59,824 nucleotides of DNA from Chitinophagaceae bacterium (GCA_035764525.1 DASTZB010000250.1:1-59824); one strand, 5' to 3'; positions 36,142 through 44,906 are shown, counted from the first letter of the stretch. A program made the numbers and translations. Notes: generated from the sequence alone by a model not told the origin.

Positions 36142-37719
36142 TCAATGTGTGTAGAGCTGATGAATGGTTTCCAATTGCAAAACTTCAACTGCTTTACTAT
36201 AATATTCTTTTGCTTTTTCGGCTGAGGAGCCAATACAAACAACACCTATTTTTCCATATTGAGATAAAGCGCCAATAAGATGAAACATGACACCTTCCTG
36301 TAAAGTACCATCATAATGCAGATCGTGTAACATGGCAATATCTATAAGGTCAGGGGGAGTCAGGCCATGAAATTGTTCACTGCGAAGATTATCTGAGCAA
36401 AAATAAAATCGTTTTTGACCGGTAGCAGTGAGATATTCTCCTTTTTCAGCATTATAATCGCCGTCTGTTAGAAACTGGAGCATGATATAAGGATGAGTAG
36501 TGCCCCCTTTTCTCAAATTAATTTCGATGGGATAATGTGTCCAGCCATTTTTATTTTTTACAGAAATAAAATCAACGGCGAATCTACCAAGCACTCCTTT
36601 ATCACGTAATGCTTCTGCTACTTTTAGCCCCATTTTACCAATATCGATAGCATACTCGCGGTTTGCCGGGAAATAGGCGCCAAGAAATACCTGGCCGCTT
36701 TCACCGCCAAGTTCCTGGTCATGTGTTGAAATAATAACACATTTACCTTTTGGATTTACGCGGCATTGAACCGACGGAGAAGTCTTGATCTCACCTTCCA
36801 CAAATTCTTCAACTATACCTCCCATGTCTTGAAACTTTGCGAGAAATTCTTTTAAGTCAAGATCAGTAGCAACTGTTTTCAATCTTGCATAGAAATAGCT
36901 GTTTATCTTATGGGGGACATCATCTTTTTCTTTCACACCGTCATAAGAGAAGATCGCATTTCCATCTCCTGAAAAACCATCATTTAATTTTACAACAGCT
37001 TTGCGCAATGAAGGGTTTTGTTTTTTTAATTCAATCAGGGCATTTATAATTTCTTTTTCTGAATAGAGATCTTCAAAACCCGCAGGAACATTTAAACCGC
37101 ATGATTTAAAAATTTTTCTGCCATTACTTTTGTTTCCTAATTCAAAAAGGTCAGGGTCACAACCGTAAATCGGGAACCCAAGCTCTACCGATAATCTTCT
37201 TTCTTTATTCGTAACATTAAAACAAGCCATGTGTGCAAGGTGATCGTCCGGAATTGCCTGTTTTATTCGTTCGATCAATCGTGGTCTCTCGAGAATTTTT
37301 TCTGTAAGCGATCTTGTTGAATTATCATAACAACTGAACAAATGCAATCTTTTACTTGCATGATGGCCAGTGATACCCGGAAGCAGATGCAAATAGTAGT
37401 CGATAATTACCGGGTCAATGGGCATACTCGTTACATATATAACATGAGTTCGGGGCATACGAAGCAGCAGTAAAAAACATAATAACCTTTCTTCATAATG
37501 AGTTATTCCCGGGATCTTGGAAAGTATCTCCTGGTCCATGGTAAGCGATGGAATAATTATTACGGTTTTAGGAGCCAGTTTATCAGGGAATGCTTTATCA
37601 AATTGTTCGGCAAAACAGCTTTGTATCTTTTTAAATTTAGATCTTTCATCTTCCAAAAGCAATTTACCAGCGCCATTCGTCGGGGCTGCAGAAATTTCTT
37701 TTTTCTTTATTGCTTTCAT
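36142..37719 (-). CDS. ATP-grasp fold carboxylate-amine/peptide ligase-like protein (PGM1-like architecture)
   Basis: 525 aa ORF with ATP-grasp-type motifs. These are VVKLNDGFSGDGNAIF (P-loop-like Gly-rich strand), IVEEFVEGE, and FAVDFISVKNKNGWTHYPIEINLRKGGTTHP (catalytic C-terminal subdomain). A long N-terminal pre-ATP-grasp region precedes them. The substrate is unknown. Confidence 0.6.
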   Translation of the reverse strand: MKAIKKKEISAAPTNGAGKLLLEDERSKFKKIQSCFAEQFDKAFPDKLAPKTVIIIPSLTMDQEILSKIPGITHYEERLLCFLLLLRMPRTHVIYVTSMPIDPVIIDYYLHLLPGITGHHASKRLHLFSCYDNSTRSLTEKILERPRLIERIKQAIPDDHLAHMACFNVTNKERRLSVELGFPIYGCDPDLFELGNKSNGRKIFKSCGLNVPAGFEDLYSEKEIINALIELKKQNPSLRKAVVKLNDGFSGDGNAIFSYDGVKEKDDVPHKINSYFYARLKTVATDLDLKEFLAKFQDMGGIVEEFVEGEIKTSPSVQCRVNPKGKCVIISTHDQELGGESGQVFLGAYFPANREYAIDIGKMGLKVAEALRDKGVLGRFAVDFISVKNKNGWTHYPIEINLRKGGTTHPYIMLQFLTDGDYNAEKGEYLTATGQKRFYFCSDNLRSEQFHGLTPPDLIDIAMLHDLHYDGTLQEGVMFHLIGALSQYGKIGVVCIGSSAEKAKEYYSKAVEVLQLETIHQLYTH

Positions 37720-37792
37720 ATATTGAATTGCAAATCTATTTTGTTTATGAATGATGTTTTATGAAGCTGAACCAAAATAAAACTGATAATTA

Positions 37793-38290
37793 TCATCCCT
37801 CTTGTCCTAACCATATAGCGCCACCAATGCTGCTGCGTTTTGCGCCGGTAACGGAAGATAAAAAATTATATTCTTCCCGCCAGCGAAGAATACCCATAAA
37901 AGCTATGCAGATCGTTTTATTTAACTCATTCATGTTCTCACTCGCAATTTTTAGCTTTTTTGAAATGTTGCCATAAAATTCTCCGTTGCCACCCAGTGCA
38001 ATATCAAGAGCTGATAGATCAGTAATAACCGGCAGACCGGTTGCAGCAGCGATGGAAGCTCCGCTAAATAATATGCCTTTCGATTCTGCATGAACAGCGA
38101 TCAACGCAACCTGGTATTGTAAATTATTTTCTTCAATAAATTTTTCAATTAATGAAATGCCATTCCCTGTGGGATATGAACGATTTGTTTTTAATTCAAA
38201 TGTCCATACTCCGGCATTTTCATGAAACTCAGAAAAGGCAATTGAATACCCGGAATCGGAAAACAAGACACCTAATGCACGATAAATCAT
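37793..38290 (-). pseudogene. Shortened anhydro-N-acetylmuramic acid kinase (AnmK)-like ORF; possible in-frame deletion remnant
   Basis: 165 aa ORF. DLSALDIALGGNGEF resembles the AnmK DFR..D.ALGGQGAPL motif. The C-terminus, AFMGILRWREEYNFLSSVTGAKRSSIGGAIW, resembles the AnmK C-terminus (FAWLAWR...N.PSVTGA....LGAI). Typical AnmK proteins are about 350-400 aa. The central part appears missing, and the N-terminal SGTS.DG motif is degenerate (FSDSGYS). Confidence 0.4.
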
Positions 38291-38330
38291 TCTTATTTAG
38301 ATTTTAGATTGCAGATTTAAGATTTTAGAT

Positions 38331-39005
38331 TTGTTGCACCAAATTCCCCCGAACGTGATTGTAAATTTAAGCGAACAGCATTCTCTTGTCAGCAACTGGA
38401 TAAATGAACTGCGTGATCTGAATATTCAACAAGACAGGATGCGGTTTCGACATAATCTTGAACGTATAGCCGAGATAGCGGCTTATGAGATAAGTAAAGT
38501 TTTACCATTTGTAGAAATAGAAGTTGAAACCCCCCTTGGAACAGCTACCAGTAAAGTTTTAAAAGATCAACCTGTACTTGCTACTATTCTTCGTGCGGGT
38601 TTACCCATGCACAACGGTTTGCTTAATTATTTTGATAAAGCAGATAATGCTTTTGCCGCTGCTTATCGGAAACACGAAAAAGATGGCACTTTCGAGATCA
38701 GTCTTGAATACATGAGCTGTCCTGATCTTGAAGGGAGAATCCTTATTATATCTGATCCAATGCTGGCAACCGGCGCTTCACTCGTAAAAACGATTCATTT
38801 TTTAAAAGAAGAAGGGCCTCCAAAAGAAATACATGTTGTTTGCGCCATCGCCTGCACCGTAGGAATTGAATATGTTAAAAGAGAAGACCCTTCTGTTACC
38901 ATTTGGTGCGGCGATATAGATGAAGAGCTGACTGCCAAAGGTTATATTGTGCCCGGCCTGGGCGATGCCGGAGACCTTGCCTATGGCAGCAAAAGCCAGA
39001 GTTAA
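38331..39005 (+). CDS. upp: Uracil phosphoribosyltransferase
   Basis: 224 aa ORF. Motifs: LATILRAGLPM, the PRPP-binding loop ILIISDPMLATGAS, and the C-terminal GYIVPGLGDAGDLAYG. The track start is a TTG at 38331. An in-frame GTG a few codons downstream (VIVNLSEQ) is an alternative start. Confidence 0.92.
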   Translation: MLHQIPPNVIVNLSEQHSLVSNWINELRDLNIQQDRMRFRHNLERIAEIAAYEISKVLPFVEIEVETPLGTATSKVLKDQPVLATILRAGLPMHNGLLNYFDKADNAFAAAYRKHEKDGTFEISLEYMSCPDLEGRILIISDPMLATGASLVKTIHFLKEEGPPKEIHVVCAIACTVGIEYVKREDPSVTIWCGDIDEELTAKGYIVPGLGDAGDLAYGSKSQS

Positions 39006-39069
39006 AAAGCAGCTAATTTTAAGTTTCATAGGTCTCTGAAAAAATGTACTTTTATCTTCTTATTCATTT

Positions 39070-40095
39070 GTGATGAAGAAACTCCTCTTAGCCCTATTGT
39101 TATTGACAAGCTTTGCTTTCGTGTCTTTGGCGCAGGATCCAAATTTTTCTCAATTTTTTGCTTCACCACTTACTTTGAACCCGGCATTAACCGGGAAGTT
39201 TGATGGCACTTTCCGGCTCGCAGGCAATTACAGGAACCAATGGCCTTCTATTAATAATGCATTTGTTACCAAAACTGGTTCTGCAGATTTTCATTTATTG
39301 ACAGATAATTTGCCTGATATTGATCGCTGGGGTTTTGGTGTATTATTTCTGAACGATAAAAATGGCAATGGTGCTTTAACTACCAACCAATTTTCACTTT
39401 CCACTGCCTATCATAAAGGACTTGATGAAAATGGTTACCACCAGATAGGCGTAGGTTTCCAGGGAACATACACAGACAAAAGACTTAATGTAAATATCCT
39501 GGATTTTGAAGATGAATTGACAGCATTAGGTTTTACCGGTCAGACAAGCGAGATCTTCCCTCAAAATGACTTGCAAGTAAAGTACCTGGACATTAATGCC
39601 GGGATATTATATAACGGAAGCACCAACGGTTATAATAATATTTATCTCGGCGCATCTATGTATCATATTAACAGACCTAAGGAAACGTTCCAGGGTGGGC
39701 AGTTTTATTTGAATTCAAGAACAACTTTGCAAGCTGGCGGTCGTTTACCAACTAATCAGTACGATGCTTTTCATTTTAGCGCTAACTATAGTTTCCAGGC
39801 AAATGCCAACAACCTGATGTTTGGCGGCGCCTATGCAATGAATCTTAATTATGATGAAGAAAACCCCGTAAATGTTTATATGGGTGCATGGGCAAGATTT
39901 AATAATGTTACTGATGCACTTATTCCTTATGTTGGGTTGGAATTTGGTGATGTCCAGATCGGTGCTTCGTACGATGTAAATATTTCAAGCCTGCAACCGG
40001 CATCTAATATGCGTGGTGGCATAGAGCTTTCTGTTATCTATATCAAAAAGCCTGTTGACAGGAGTTTGAAGAAACTGAATTGTCCTAGATTCTAA
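39070..40095 (+). CDS. Type IX secretion system membrane protein, PorP/SprF family
   Basis: 341 aa ORF with a signal peptide. The family-typical N-terminus is present: AQDPNFSQFFASPLTLNPALTGKFDG..RLAGNYRNQW. The remainder has beta-barrel-like composition. Confidence 0.85.
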   Translation: MMKKLLLALLLLTSFAFVSLAQDPNFSQFFASPLTLNPALTGKFDGTFRLAGNYRNQWPSINNAFVTKTGSADFHLLTDNLPDIDRWGFGVLFLNDKNGNGALTTNQFSLSTAYHKGLDENGYHQIGVGFQGTYTDKRLNVNILDFEDELTALGFTGQTSEIFPQNDLQVKYLDINAGILYNGSTNGYNNIYLGASMYHINRPKETFQGGQFYLNSRTTLQAGGRLPTNQYDAFHFSANYSFQANANNLMFGGAYAMNLNYDEENPVNVYMGAWARFNNVTDALIPYVGLEFGDVQIGASYDVNISSLQPASNMRGGIELSVIYIKKPVDRSLKKLNCPRF

Positions 40096-40121
40096 TTCAA
40101 CGACACAATATTTTTTTATAA

Positions 40122-40150
40122 AAGCGTTGCTAATTGCAACGCTTTTTATT
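40122..40150 (+). terminator. Rho-independent terminator after the PorP/SprF gene
   Basis: The 9-bp stem aagcgttgc / gcaacgctt has a 5-nt loop (taatt) and is followed by tttatttc. It lies 27 nt after the stop codon. Confidence 0.75.
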
Positions 40151-40187
40151 TCTCAGATAAGTTTTTATCTTGTCACAAATTCAATCT

Positions 40188-40733
40188 ATGAAAAGACTAA
40201 CCACCATTTTTTTCCTTGTATTTCTTTTTAGCGCTTCCCATGCACAAATGGAAGTGGGATATAACACCACCGATGTTGGCGCTGAATTTCAATGGTATAA
40301 AGACGGAAAGTTTATCGGGCTCCACCTTGCTACCAATGCAAAGCTTCATCATTCCTTTCATGCTACGATCGGATATTACATTGCAGGTGATCCGACAGCT
40401 TCCTTTTATTATAATCAAAGTAATGGCGGGTTGGGGGCAGGATTAGGCTATCGTTATTATATTCGGCTTAGACCACACGGTTTTTTCATTGGCGCAAAGG
40501 CTGATCTATTTACCTATAAGATAATAATGGACACACAAACATCCGAAGACACTTATACTTCCATGATCTTTATTCCTTCATTGCAAACAGGCTATATGAT
40601 CCTGATTAATGATATGTTTTTTATTACTCCAACGGCAAGCTATGGCTATAAAACAAACCTGCAGAGCAAAATGAGTGCAGATGAAAAAAAATCGGTGGCG
40701 TTGTTTGGTATTAGTATTGGTGCAAAGTTTTAA
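40188..40733 (+). CDS. Hypothetical secreted/outer-membrane beta-barrel-like protein
   Basis: I prefer the ATG at 40188 (MKRLTTIFFLVFLFSASHAQ, a signal peptide) over the TTG at 40170 used by the track. The protein shows alternating aromatic/Gly-rich beta-strand-like patterns (GLGAGLGYRYYI) and ends in GAKF. Confidence 0.6.
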   Translation: MKRLTTIFFLVFLFSASHAQMEVGYNTTDVGAEFQWYKDGKFIGLHLATNAKLHHSFHATIGYYIAGDPTASFYYNQSNGGLGAGLGYRYYIRLRPHGFFIGAKADLFTYKIIMDTQTSEDTYTSMIFIPSLQTGYMILINDMFFITPTASYGYKTNLQSKMSADEKKSVALFGISIGAKF

Positions 40734-40783
40734 TCTACAAATATTGCCGAAGATCTAAAATTTGCGGAGGCTTGAAAAAGGGA

Positions 40784-41146
40784 TCATTGCTCATAACCAC
40801 TTTTAATAATGGTCGAGATCATCTTAAACCGACCGTTTGGCTTTATGAAATTCGGCGAATGTGCAGGTATTATTATTCCCTGGCCTGACCCGAGTAAATT
40901 GGATTCTTTATCAATAACGATCTCCGCCTTGCCTTCAATGATCTGGACAAAGGTGTCAAAAGGGGAGGTTTTTTCTGTTAACCCTTCACCACTATCAAAA
41001 GACATTACACTTATATTTCCGGTGGACTTTTTGATGATCGTTTTGATCACTACAGAATTTGTCATATACTCAATAATTTCAACGATGATATGTGCTTTTG
41101 ATTTCTCCAGTTCGAAGCTATTCGTTTTTTTATCTTCATTTTTCAT
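40784..41146 (-). CDS. Cupin domain protein
   Basis: 120 aa ORF. It shows a cupin_2-like pattern: FDTFVQIIEGKAEIVIDKESNLLGSGQGIIIPAHSPNFIKPNGRFKM. It is preferred over the antisense ORF at 40809..41159. Confidence 0.7.
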   Translation of the reverse strand: MKNEDKKTNSFELEKSKAHIIVEIIEYMTNSVVIKTIIKKSTGNISVMSFDSGEGLTEKTSPFDTFVQIIEGKAEIVIDKESNLLGSGQGIIIPAHSPNFIKPNGRFKMISTIIKSGYEQ

Positions 41147-41206
41147 ACCATACTTTTAAAAGTTTCTTCCACACAAGCAACGATTTAATCCTTCTGCTAA
41201 CTGCGA

Positions 41207-41395
41207 TTACAGTGATTCCATTATTTTTTCGAGTTCTTCTTTGGTTTTCCCTAATTTAACCGCGAGTTTTCCCATCATCTCACCTCTCTTACCATCTTCA
41301 AACACCAGATCATCATCTTTAAGTATTGCAAATTTTTGTTTGAGCTTTTCTTTCTCCTGATTCCAGTTTCCTTTTAACCTGATAATCTTTGTCAT
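41207..41395 (-). CDS. CsbD-like general stress protein
   Basis: 62 aa ORF. Pattern: GNWNQEKEKLKQKFAILKDDDLVFEDGKRGEMMGKLAVKLGKTKEELEKIM. This matches the CsbD/YjbJ pattern GNW.Q.KG..K..W..LTDDDL....G....L.GK.Q..YG..KE. Confidence 0.75.
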   Translation of the reverse strand: MTKIIRLKGNWNQEKEKLKQKFAILKDDDLVFEDGKRGEMMGKLAVKLGKTKEELEKIMESL

Positions 41396-41457
41396 TTTGT
41401 TCTTAATTTACTTTTACTAATAATTCATTGTAAAGATGAATTTCTTTTACCCGGTAA

Positions 41458-41495
41458 ATGTTATACAATTGAATAAAAAGATTACATCATTCACA
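41458..41495 (-). promoter_or_regulatory. Shared 38-bp promoter motif, copy h (upstream of the CsbD-like gene)
   Basis: In gene orientation the sequence is TGTGAATGATGTAATCTTTTTATTCAATTGTATAACAT. The layout is 7-2-6-15-8. The motif ends 62 nt before the ATG at 41395. Confidence 0.55.
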
Positions 41496-41525
41496 TATTG
41501 CAGCAAAAAATAAGTGATCAAATGA

Positions 41526-41551
41526 ACAGTCCCTGTAAAGACAGGGACTGT
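41526..41551 (-). terminator. Perfect 11-bp hairpin downstream of the 95-aa gene (candidate terminator)
   Basis: The stem acagtccctgt / acagggactgt has a 4-nt loop (aaag). It lies about 50 nt after the stop at 41600. A T-run on the minus strand follows only after about 15 nt, so this is not a textbook terminator. It separates that gene from motif copy h. Confidence 0.5.
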
Positions 41552-41599
41552 AAACCAAAACCTACGCTATAGAAAATCAATTATATACTTGAACCACTA

Positions 41600-41887
41600 T
41601 TACCGTGTAAACTGTAAATTTTTTTTGTATTCAATGATCGTATGCAATACTTTAAGCTTTTGAATAATTTTATTTTTCAGGTCGCGGTGAAACCTGTTCT
41701 TTTGAACTTCACTCAGCGCATTTTCATAATTTATTATGGCTTCATCAAAATGCCCGTTATTTTCATATTTAAGCCCCTCCACAAATAATTCGACAGGTAG
41801 ATCTTTCTTCTTAAGAAAAAAGGAGCTGATTATTGATGCTATTAGTAATGATATCATAATAAAAGGTAAATACTGGTAAATTGTCAT
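41600..41887 (-). CDS. Hypothetical small membrane-anchored protein
   Basis: 95 aa ORF. It has an N-terminal TM helix (LPFIMISLLIASIISSFFL) and a short TPR-like helical tail (GHFDEAIINYENALSEV). Motif copy g precedes it. Confidence 0.5.
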   Translation of the reverse strand: MTIYQYLPFIMISLLIASIISSFFLKKKDLPVELFVEGLKYENNGHFDEAIINYENALSEVQKNRFHRDLKNKIIQKLKVLHTIIEYKKNLQFTR

Positions 41888-41938
41888 AAAAGGGTTTTTA
41901 TGCTATTTGTATAAAGATGAGGTCATTCAAATTCATAA

Positions 41939-41976
41939 TTGTTACAAGAATACAGTAGAATGTTACATCTTTCACA
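41939..41976 (-). promoter_or_regulatory. Shared 38-bp promoter motif, copy g (upstream of the 95-aa gene; overlaps the AraC stop codon)
   Basis: In gene orientation the sequence is TGTGAAAGATGTAACATTCTACTGTATTCTTGTAACAA. The motif ends 51 nt before the ATG at 41887. Confidence 0.55.
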
Positions 41977-42532
41977 GGTTTTCAAGCATGTTGAGTCTCT
42001 TATCACGAAGCTGTTTGAAGTGTGACGGAGTAAGGCCAGTTACTTTTTTAAACTGGGCAGAAAGATGCGCAACACTGCTATAATGCATCAGATAGGCAAT
42101 TTCAGTAAGGTTAAGCTCATTATAAACCAATAGCTCTTTTACCCGTTCAATTTTATGTGCAATAATGAATTTTTCAATCGTAGTACCCTGTACTTCTGAA
42201 AAAAGATTAGCGAGGTAAGTATAATTGTGGTTTAATTTCTGGCTTAAATGATCAGAAAAATTGATCGCTAAAGGTTCTTCTGAATAATGGATCAATTCTA
42301 CAATAACATTCTTTATTTTCTGGATCAACACACTTTTCTTGTCATCCAGTAATTCAAGTCCTGATTTCAGCAAAGCCTCTTTGAACTGATCATGCTGTTG
42401 CTCTGAAATACTTTCCATTATTTCCGCTTCGCCTAATTCCACAACAATATAATGCAGTCCCAATTTTTCCAATTCCGCTTTTACTACCATTTTGCAGCGG
42501 ATGCAAACCATGTTTTTAATATATAATTTCAA
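41972..42532 (-). CDS. AraC-family transcriptional regulator with an HMA-like N-terminal domain
   Basis: 186 aa ORF. The C-terminal AraC HTH reads LNLTEIAYLMHYSSVAHLSAQFKKVTGLTPSHFKQL. The N-terminus, MKLYIKNMVCIRCKMVVKAELEKLGL, resembles the beta-alpha-beta start of a heavy-metal-associated fold and has a C..C pair. The start codon is TTG. Confidence 0.85.
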   Translation of the reverse strand: MKLYIKNMVCIRCKMVVKAELEKLGLHYIVVELGEAEIMESISEQQHDQFKEALLKSGLELLDDKKSVLIQKIKNVIVELIHYSEEPLAINFSDHLSQKLNHNYTYLANLFSEVQGTTIEKFIIAHKIERVKELLVYNELNLTEIAYLMHYSSVAHLSAQFKKVTGLTPSHFKQLRDKRLNMLENL

Positions 42533-42683
42533 AAGACCTGCTTTGTTTGTAAATGATTCCGATTTTTAATCCCTGTTAATGAGTCATAATGCTTACTGCT
42601 GCCGACAAAACCACCTTGAATTTACTTAAAACTTTCCACACCTGATTTCTTTTTGGATTCTTTACGTATTTATATACATGAGT

Positions 42684-42716
42684 GAAAAAAAGCCGCCTTG
42701 ATTAACCAGGGCGGCT
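42684..42716 (-). terminator. Rho-independent terminator after the 201-aa secreted protein gene
   Basis: The minus strand reads agccgccctggttaatcaaggcggct followed by ttttttt. The stem is about 10 bp including one G-U pair, with a 6-nt loop. It lies 14 nt after the stop at 42730. Confidence 0.8.
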
Positions 42717-42729
42717 CTAATATTTAAAA

Positions 42730-43335
42730 TCAATAATTATATTTTACCAGTTGGCCATCACTATTATAATAGAAATATGCTGGTTTCCCTCCCAGAATAT
42801 CCTTGACCCGGAATATATTTTTTACAGTATTTGGCACTTCAATCTTTATCATATCGTCGAGCCTGGTACCCGGGCTGCGTTTGAAAATTGCATCTACAAC
42901 ATTTTGTGGCATTTCATTCCTTGTAATCAATGTTCTTGTATCTCTTCTGTCCCCATTTGCATGGTATAATGCAGTTGATCTGTAAAATCCATTTCCAAAA
43001 CTTGCTGTCCAATCTCCACGGTATTTACTCCAGCTAACATTGCCTGCATTAGGATAATCTCTTTGAAATGCAGCTCGTACTTTGGCTGGTTGATTTTTGG
43101 AATATACAGGACTCTTTCCTCCTTTATCTGAAGTGCCATCCCAGATTTTTTTATTATGCTCATCTTGTTGGTGCTTTTCATTTGCCGCTTTCTGCTTTTG
43201 GTCGCTACTTCCAGGGCTCGCTGGTTTTTCATTCTTTGATTTATCATTTCCCTTTCCGTTATCATTACTTTTTCCCTGGGAGATCATTGTTAAACTAAAT
43301 ATGAATCCCATACTTATCAAAAAAAACTTTTTCAT
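42730..43335 (-). CDS. Hypothetical secreted protein (PepSY-like C-terminal region)
   Basis: 201 aa ORF with a signal peptide (MKKFFLISMGFIFSLTMISQG). A low-complexity Lys/Asn/Gln-rich linker follows. The C-terminal region has repeated YPNA..V.W / V.....P....I patterns typical of PepSY-like lipoprotein domains. Confidence 0.55.
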   Translation of the reverse strand: MKKFFLISMGFIFSLTMISQGKSNDNGKGNDKSKNEKPASPGSSDQKQKAANEKHQQDEHNKKIWDGTSDKGGKSPVYSKNQPAKVRAAFQRDYPNAGNVSWSKYRGDWTASFGNGFYRSTALYHANGDRRDTRTLITRNEMPQNVVDAIFKRSPGTRLDDMIKIEVPNTVKNIFRVKDILGGKPAYFYYNSDGQLVKYNY

Positions 43336-43345
43336 ATTATTATTT

Positions 43346-44038
43346 TTAAAACCTGTAACCTAAAGAAAAACCAAAGCCGGTGTTTTTGGCAGAAGTTTTA
43401 TCATTCGACGAACCTTCATATTCAGGGTTGATCTTAGTAAGGCCTAATTGTGTATTTAATTGAAACGAAACTTTGTTACCAAATTCATAACCTACCAGCA
43501 TGTTAGCTCCTGCATCCATCGGCCTGATATAAACCACATCATCAGGATCGGAATTCTTCACTGTTTTTTGAAACTTTATTTTTTCACTAAGGTCGGATCC
43601 GCCACCGTCATATGTTGCCTTACCACCAATGCCAAATGCAACATAAGGACCAAATCCAAGTATCAGGTGTCCGTTTCCCAACATAGGCTTGTAAAGAAAA
43701 TTAAGTGGTAATTCCAGGTATGAAATTTTTAAAGTTGTATTAAAGGATTGGCCAAGTATAACATCTTCGCTTTTTGCACCTTTAATTGTGTAAAGCAACC
43801 CTGGTTGAAAATAAAAATCAATTCCCACCGGAATTTCTGCATTGATACCAACATTAAAACCGATCAACATATCACTTTTTAATTTATCGTCATTTTCATC
43901 CCTGCCATTAATATTCTGAAAGTTTACTCCGGCACGAAGACCAAAACTTGTACCGCCTGTATGAGACGTTTTTTGCTGCGCCTGGGAAAATATTGTTCCT
44001 AAAACCATTACTGCAATTAAACTGATTCTTTTTTTCAT
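43346..44038 (-). CDS. Outer membrane beta-barrel (porin-family) protein
   Basis: 230 aa ORF with signal peptide MKKRISLIAVMVLGTIFSQAQ. It shows alternating beta-strand patterns and ends in the OMP signature GFSLGYRF. Confidence 0.75.
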   Translation of the reverse strand: MKKRISLIAVMVLGTIFSQAQQKTSHTGGTSFGLRAGVNFQNINGRDENDDKLKSDMLIGFNVGINAEIPVGIDFYFQPGLLYTIKGAKSEDVILGQSFNTTLKISYLELPLNFLYKPMLGNGHLILGFGPYVAFGIGGKATYDGGGSDLSEKIKFQKTVKNSDPDDVVYIRPMDAGANMLVGYEFGNKVSFQLNTQLGLTKINPEYEGSSNDKTSAKNTGFGFSLGYRF

Positions 44039-44111
44039 TTTATTTTGTTTGATCTATTTTGTTAAAAAAATTGTCTTTAAAACTCATTTGATAAATAGCA
44101 TGTGATCTTTT

Positions 44112-44795
44112 TTATTTACCACCATTCTTTTCTGCTTCTTTCGCAGCCTCTGCTTTCATTTTTTCATTGGCTGAAACGAGGAATTCTACCCTACGATTTT
44201 GTGCCTGGCCATCGTCTGTGTCATTGGTATACTTAGGCGATGTTTCACCAAATCCATGAATGGTGAGTCGTGAAGTAGTGATCGCTTTTCCGGATAAATA
44301 ATAGGAAACAGTGGAAGCTCTTTCTTCTGATAATTTCTGGTTGTAACGGGTGGTTCCTTTACTGTCTGTGTGCCCCTGTACTTCAATGTTTGTATCGGGG
44401 TATTTTTGCAGAATGGCTACTAATTTATCTAAGTTTGTGCGGGCATCAGTTGTAAGATTGGATTGATCAAAGCCAAATAAGATCTTACTGTTAAACTCTA
44501 TGACGATCCCTTCTCCTACCCTAACCACTTCTGCGTCCGGAATTGCTTTTTTCATTTCTTCTGCCTGCTTATCCATTTGGTGCCCGATAACGGCACCGGT
44601 CACTCCACCTGCTGCTGCTCCAATAATAGCACCCATCGCTGTGTTACCCGCTGCTTTACCAATAACTGCGCCTACTGCCGCACCACCGGCTGTTCCTATT
44701 ACAGCTCCTTTTTGTGACTTATTCATTGTTTTACATCCTGCAGAAAAAATAGCTACTACCAAAAAACTGGTCACTAAGATTTTAAATGTTTTCAT
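44112..44795 (-). CDS. OmpA-family lipoprotein with a glycine-zipper N-terminal region
   Basis: 227 aa ORF with a lipobox (FSAGC). The Gly-zipper is GAVIGTAGGAAVGAVIGKAAG...GAIIGAAAGGVTGAVIG. The OmpA_C-like domain reads ILFGFDQSNL...IEVQGHTDSKGTTRYNQKLSEERA..V..YL...GFGE..P......GQAQNRRVEF. Confidence 0.88.
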   Translation of the reverse strand: MKTFKILVTSFLVVAIFSAGCKTMNKSQKGAVIGTAGGAAVGAVIGKAAGNTAMGAIIGAAAGGVTGAVIGHQMDKQAEEMKKAIPDAEVVRVGEGIVIEFNSKILFGFDQSNLTTDARTNLDKLVAILQKYPDTNIEVQGHTDSKGTTRYNQKLSEERASTVSYYLSGKAITTSRLTIHGFGETSPKYTNDTDDGQAQNRRVEFLVSANEKMKAEAAKEAEKNGGK

Positions 44796-44906
44796 TATGC
44801 TTGTTTAAATTGTTAATACAGTATTTTTTTACTAATAAATTTTCTTACTTGTCTCTCTGATCTTTTAATTAGAATTTCAAAACTGAGCCTGATATAAAAA
44901 TGCTAG

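Noticed and set aside
40809-41159. A 116-aa plus-strand ORF overlapping the cupin gene.
   Set aside because: It has no recognisable motifs, whereas the minus-strand frame shows a cupin-type pattern. That frame also lies downstream of, and in the same orientation as, the CsbD-like gene.
42927-43265. A 112-aa alternative-frame minus-strand ORF within 42730..43335. Similar nested short ORFs lie at 36036..36245, 44186..44386 and 44500..44808.
   Set aside because: Each is fully nested in a longer ORF that has a signal peptide or domain evidence. None has independent support.
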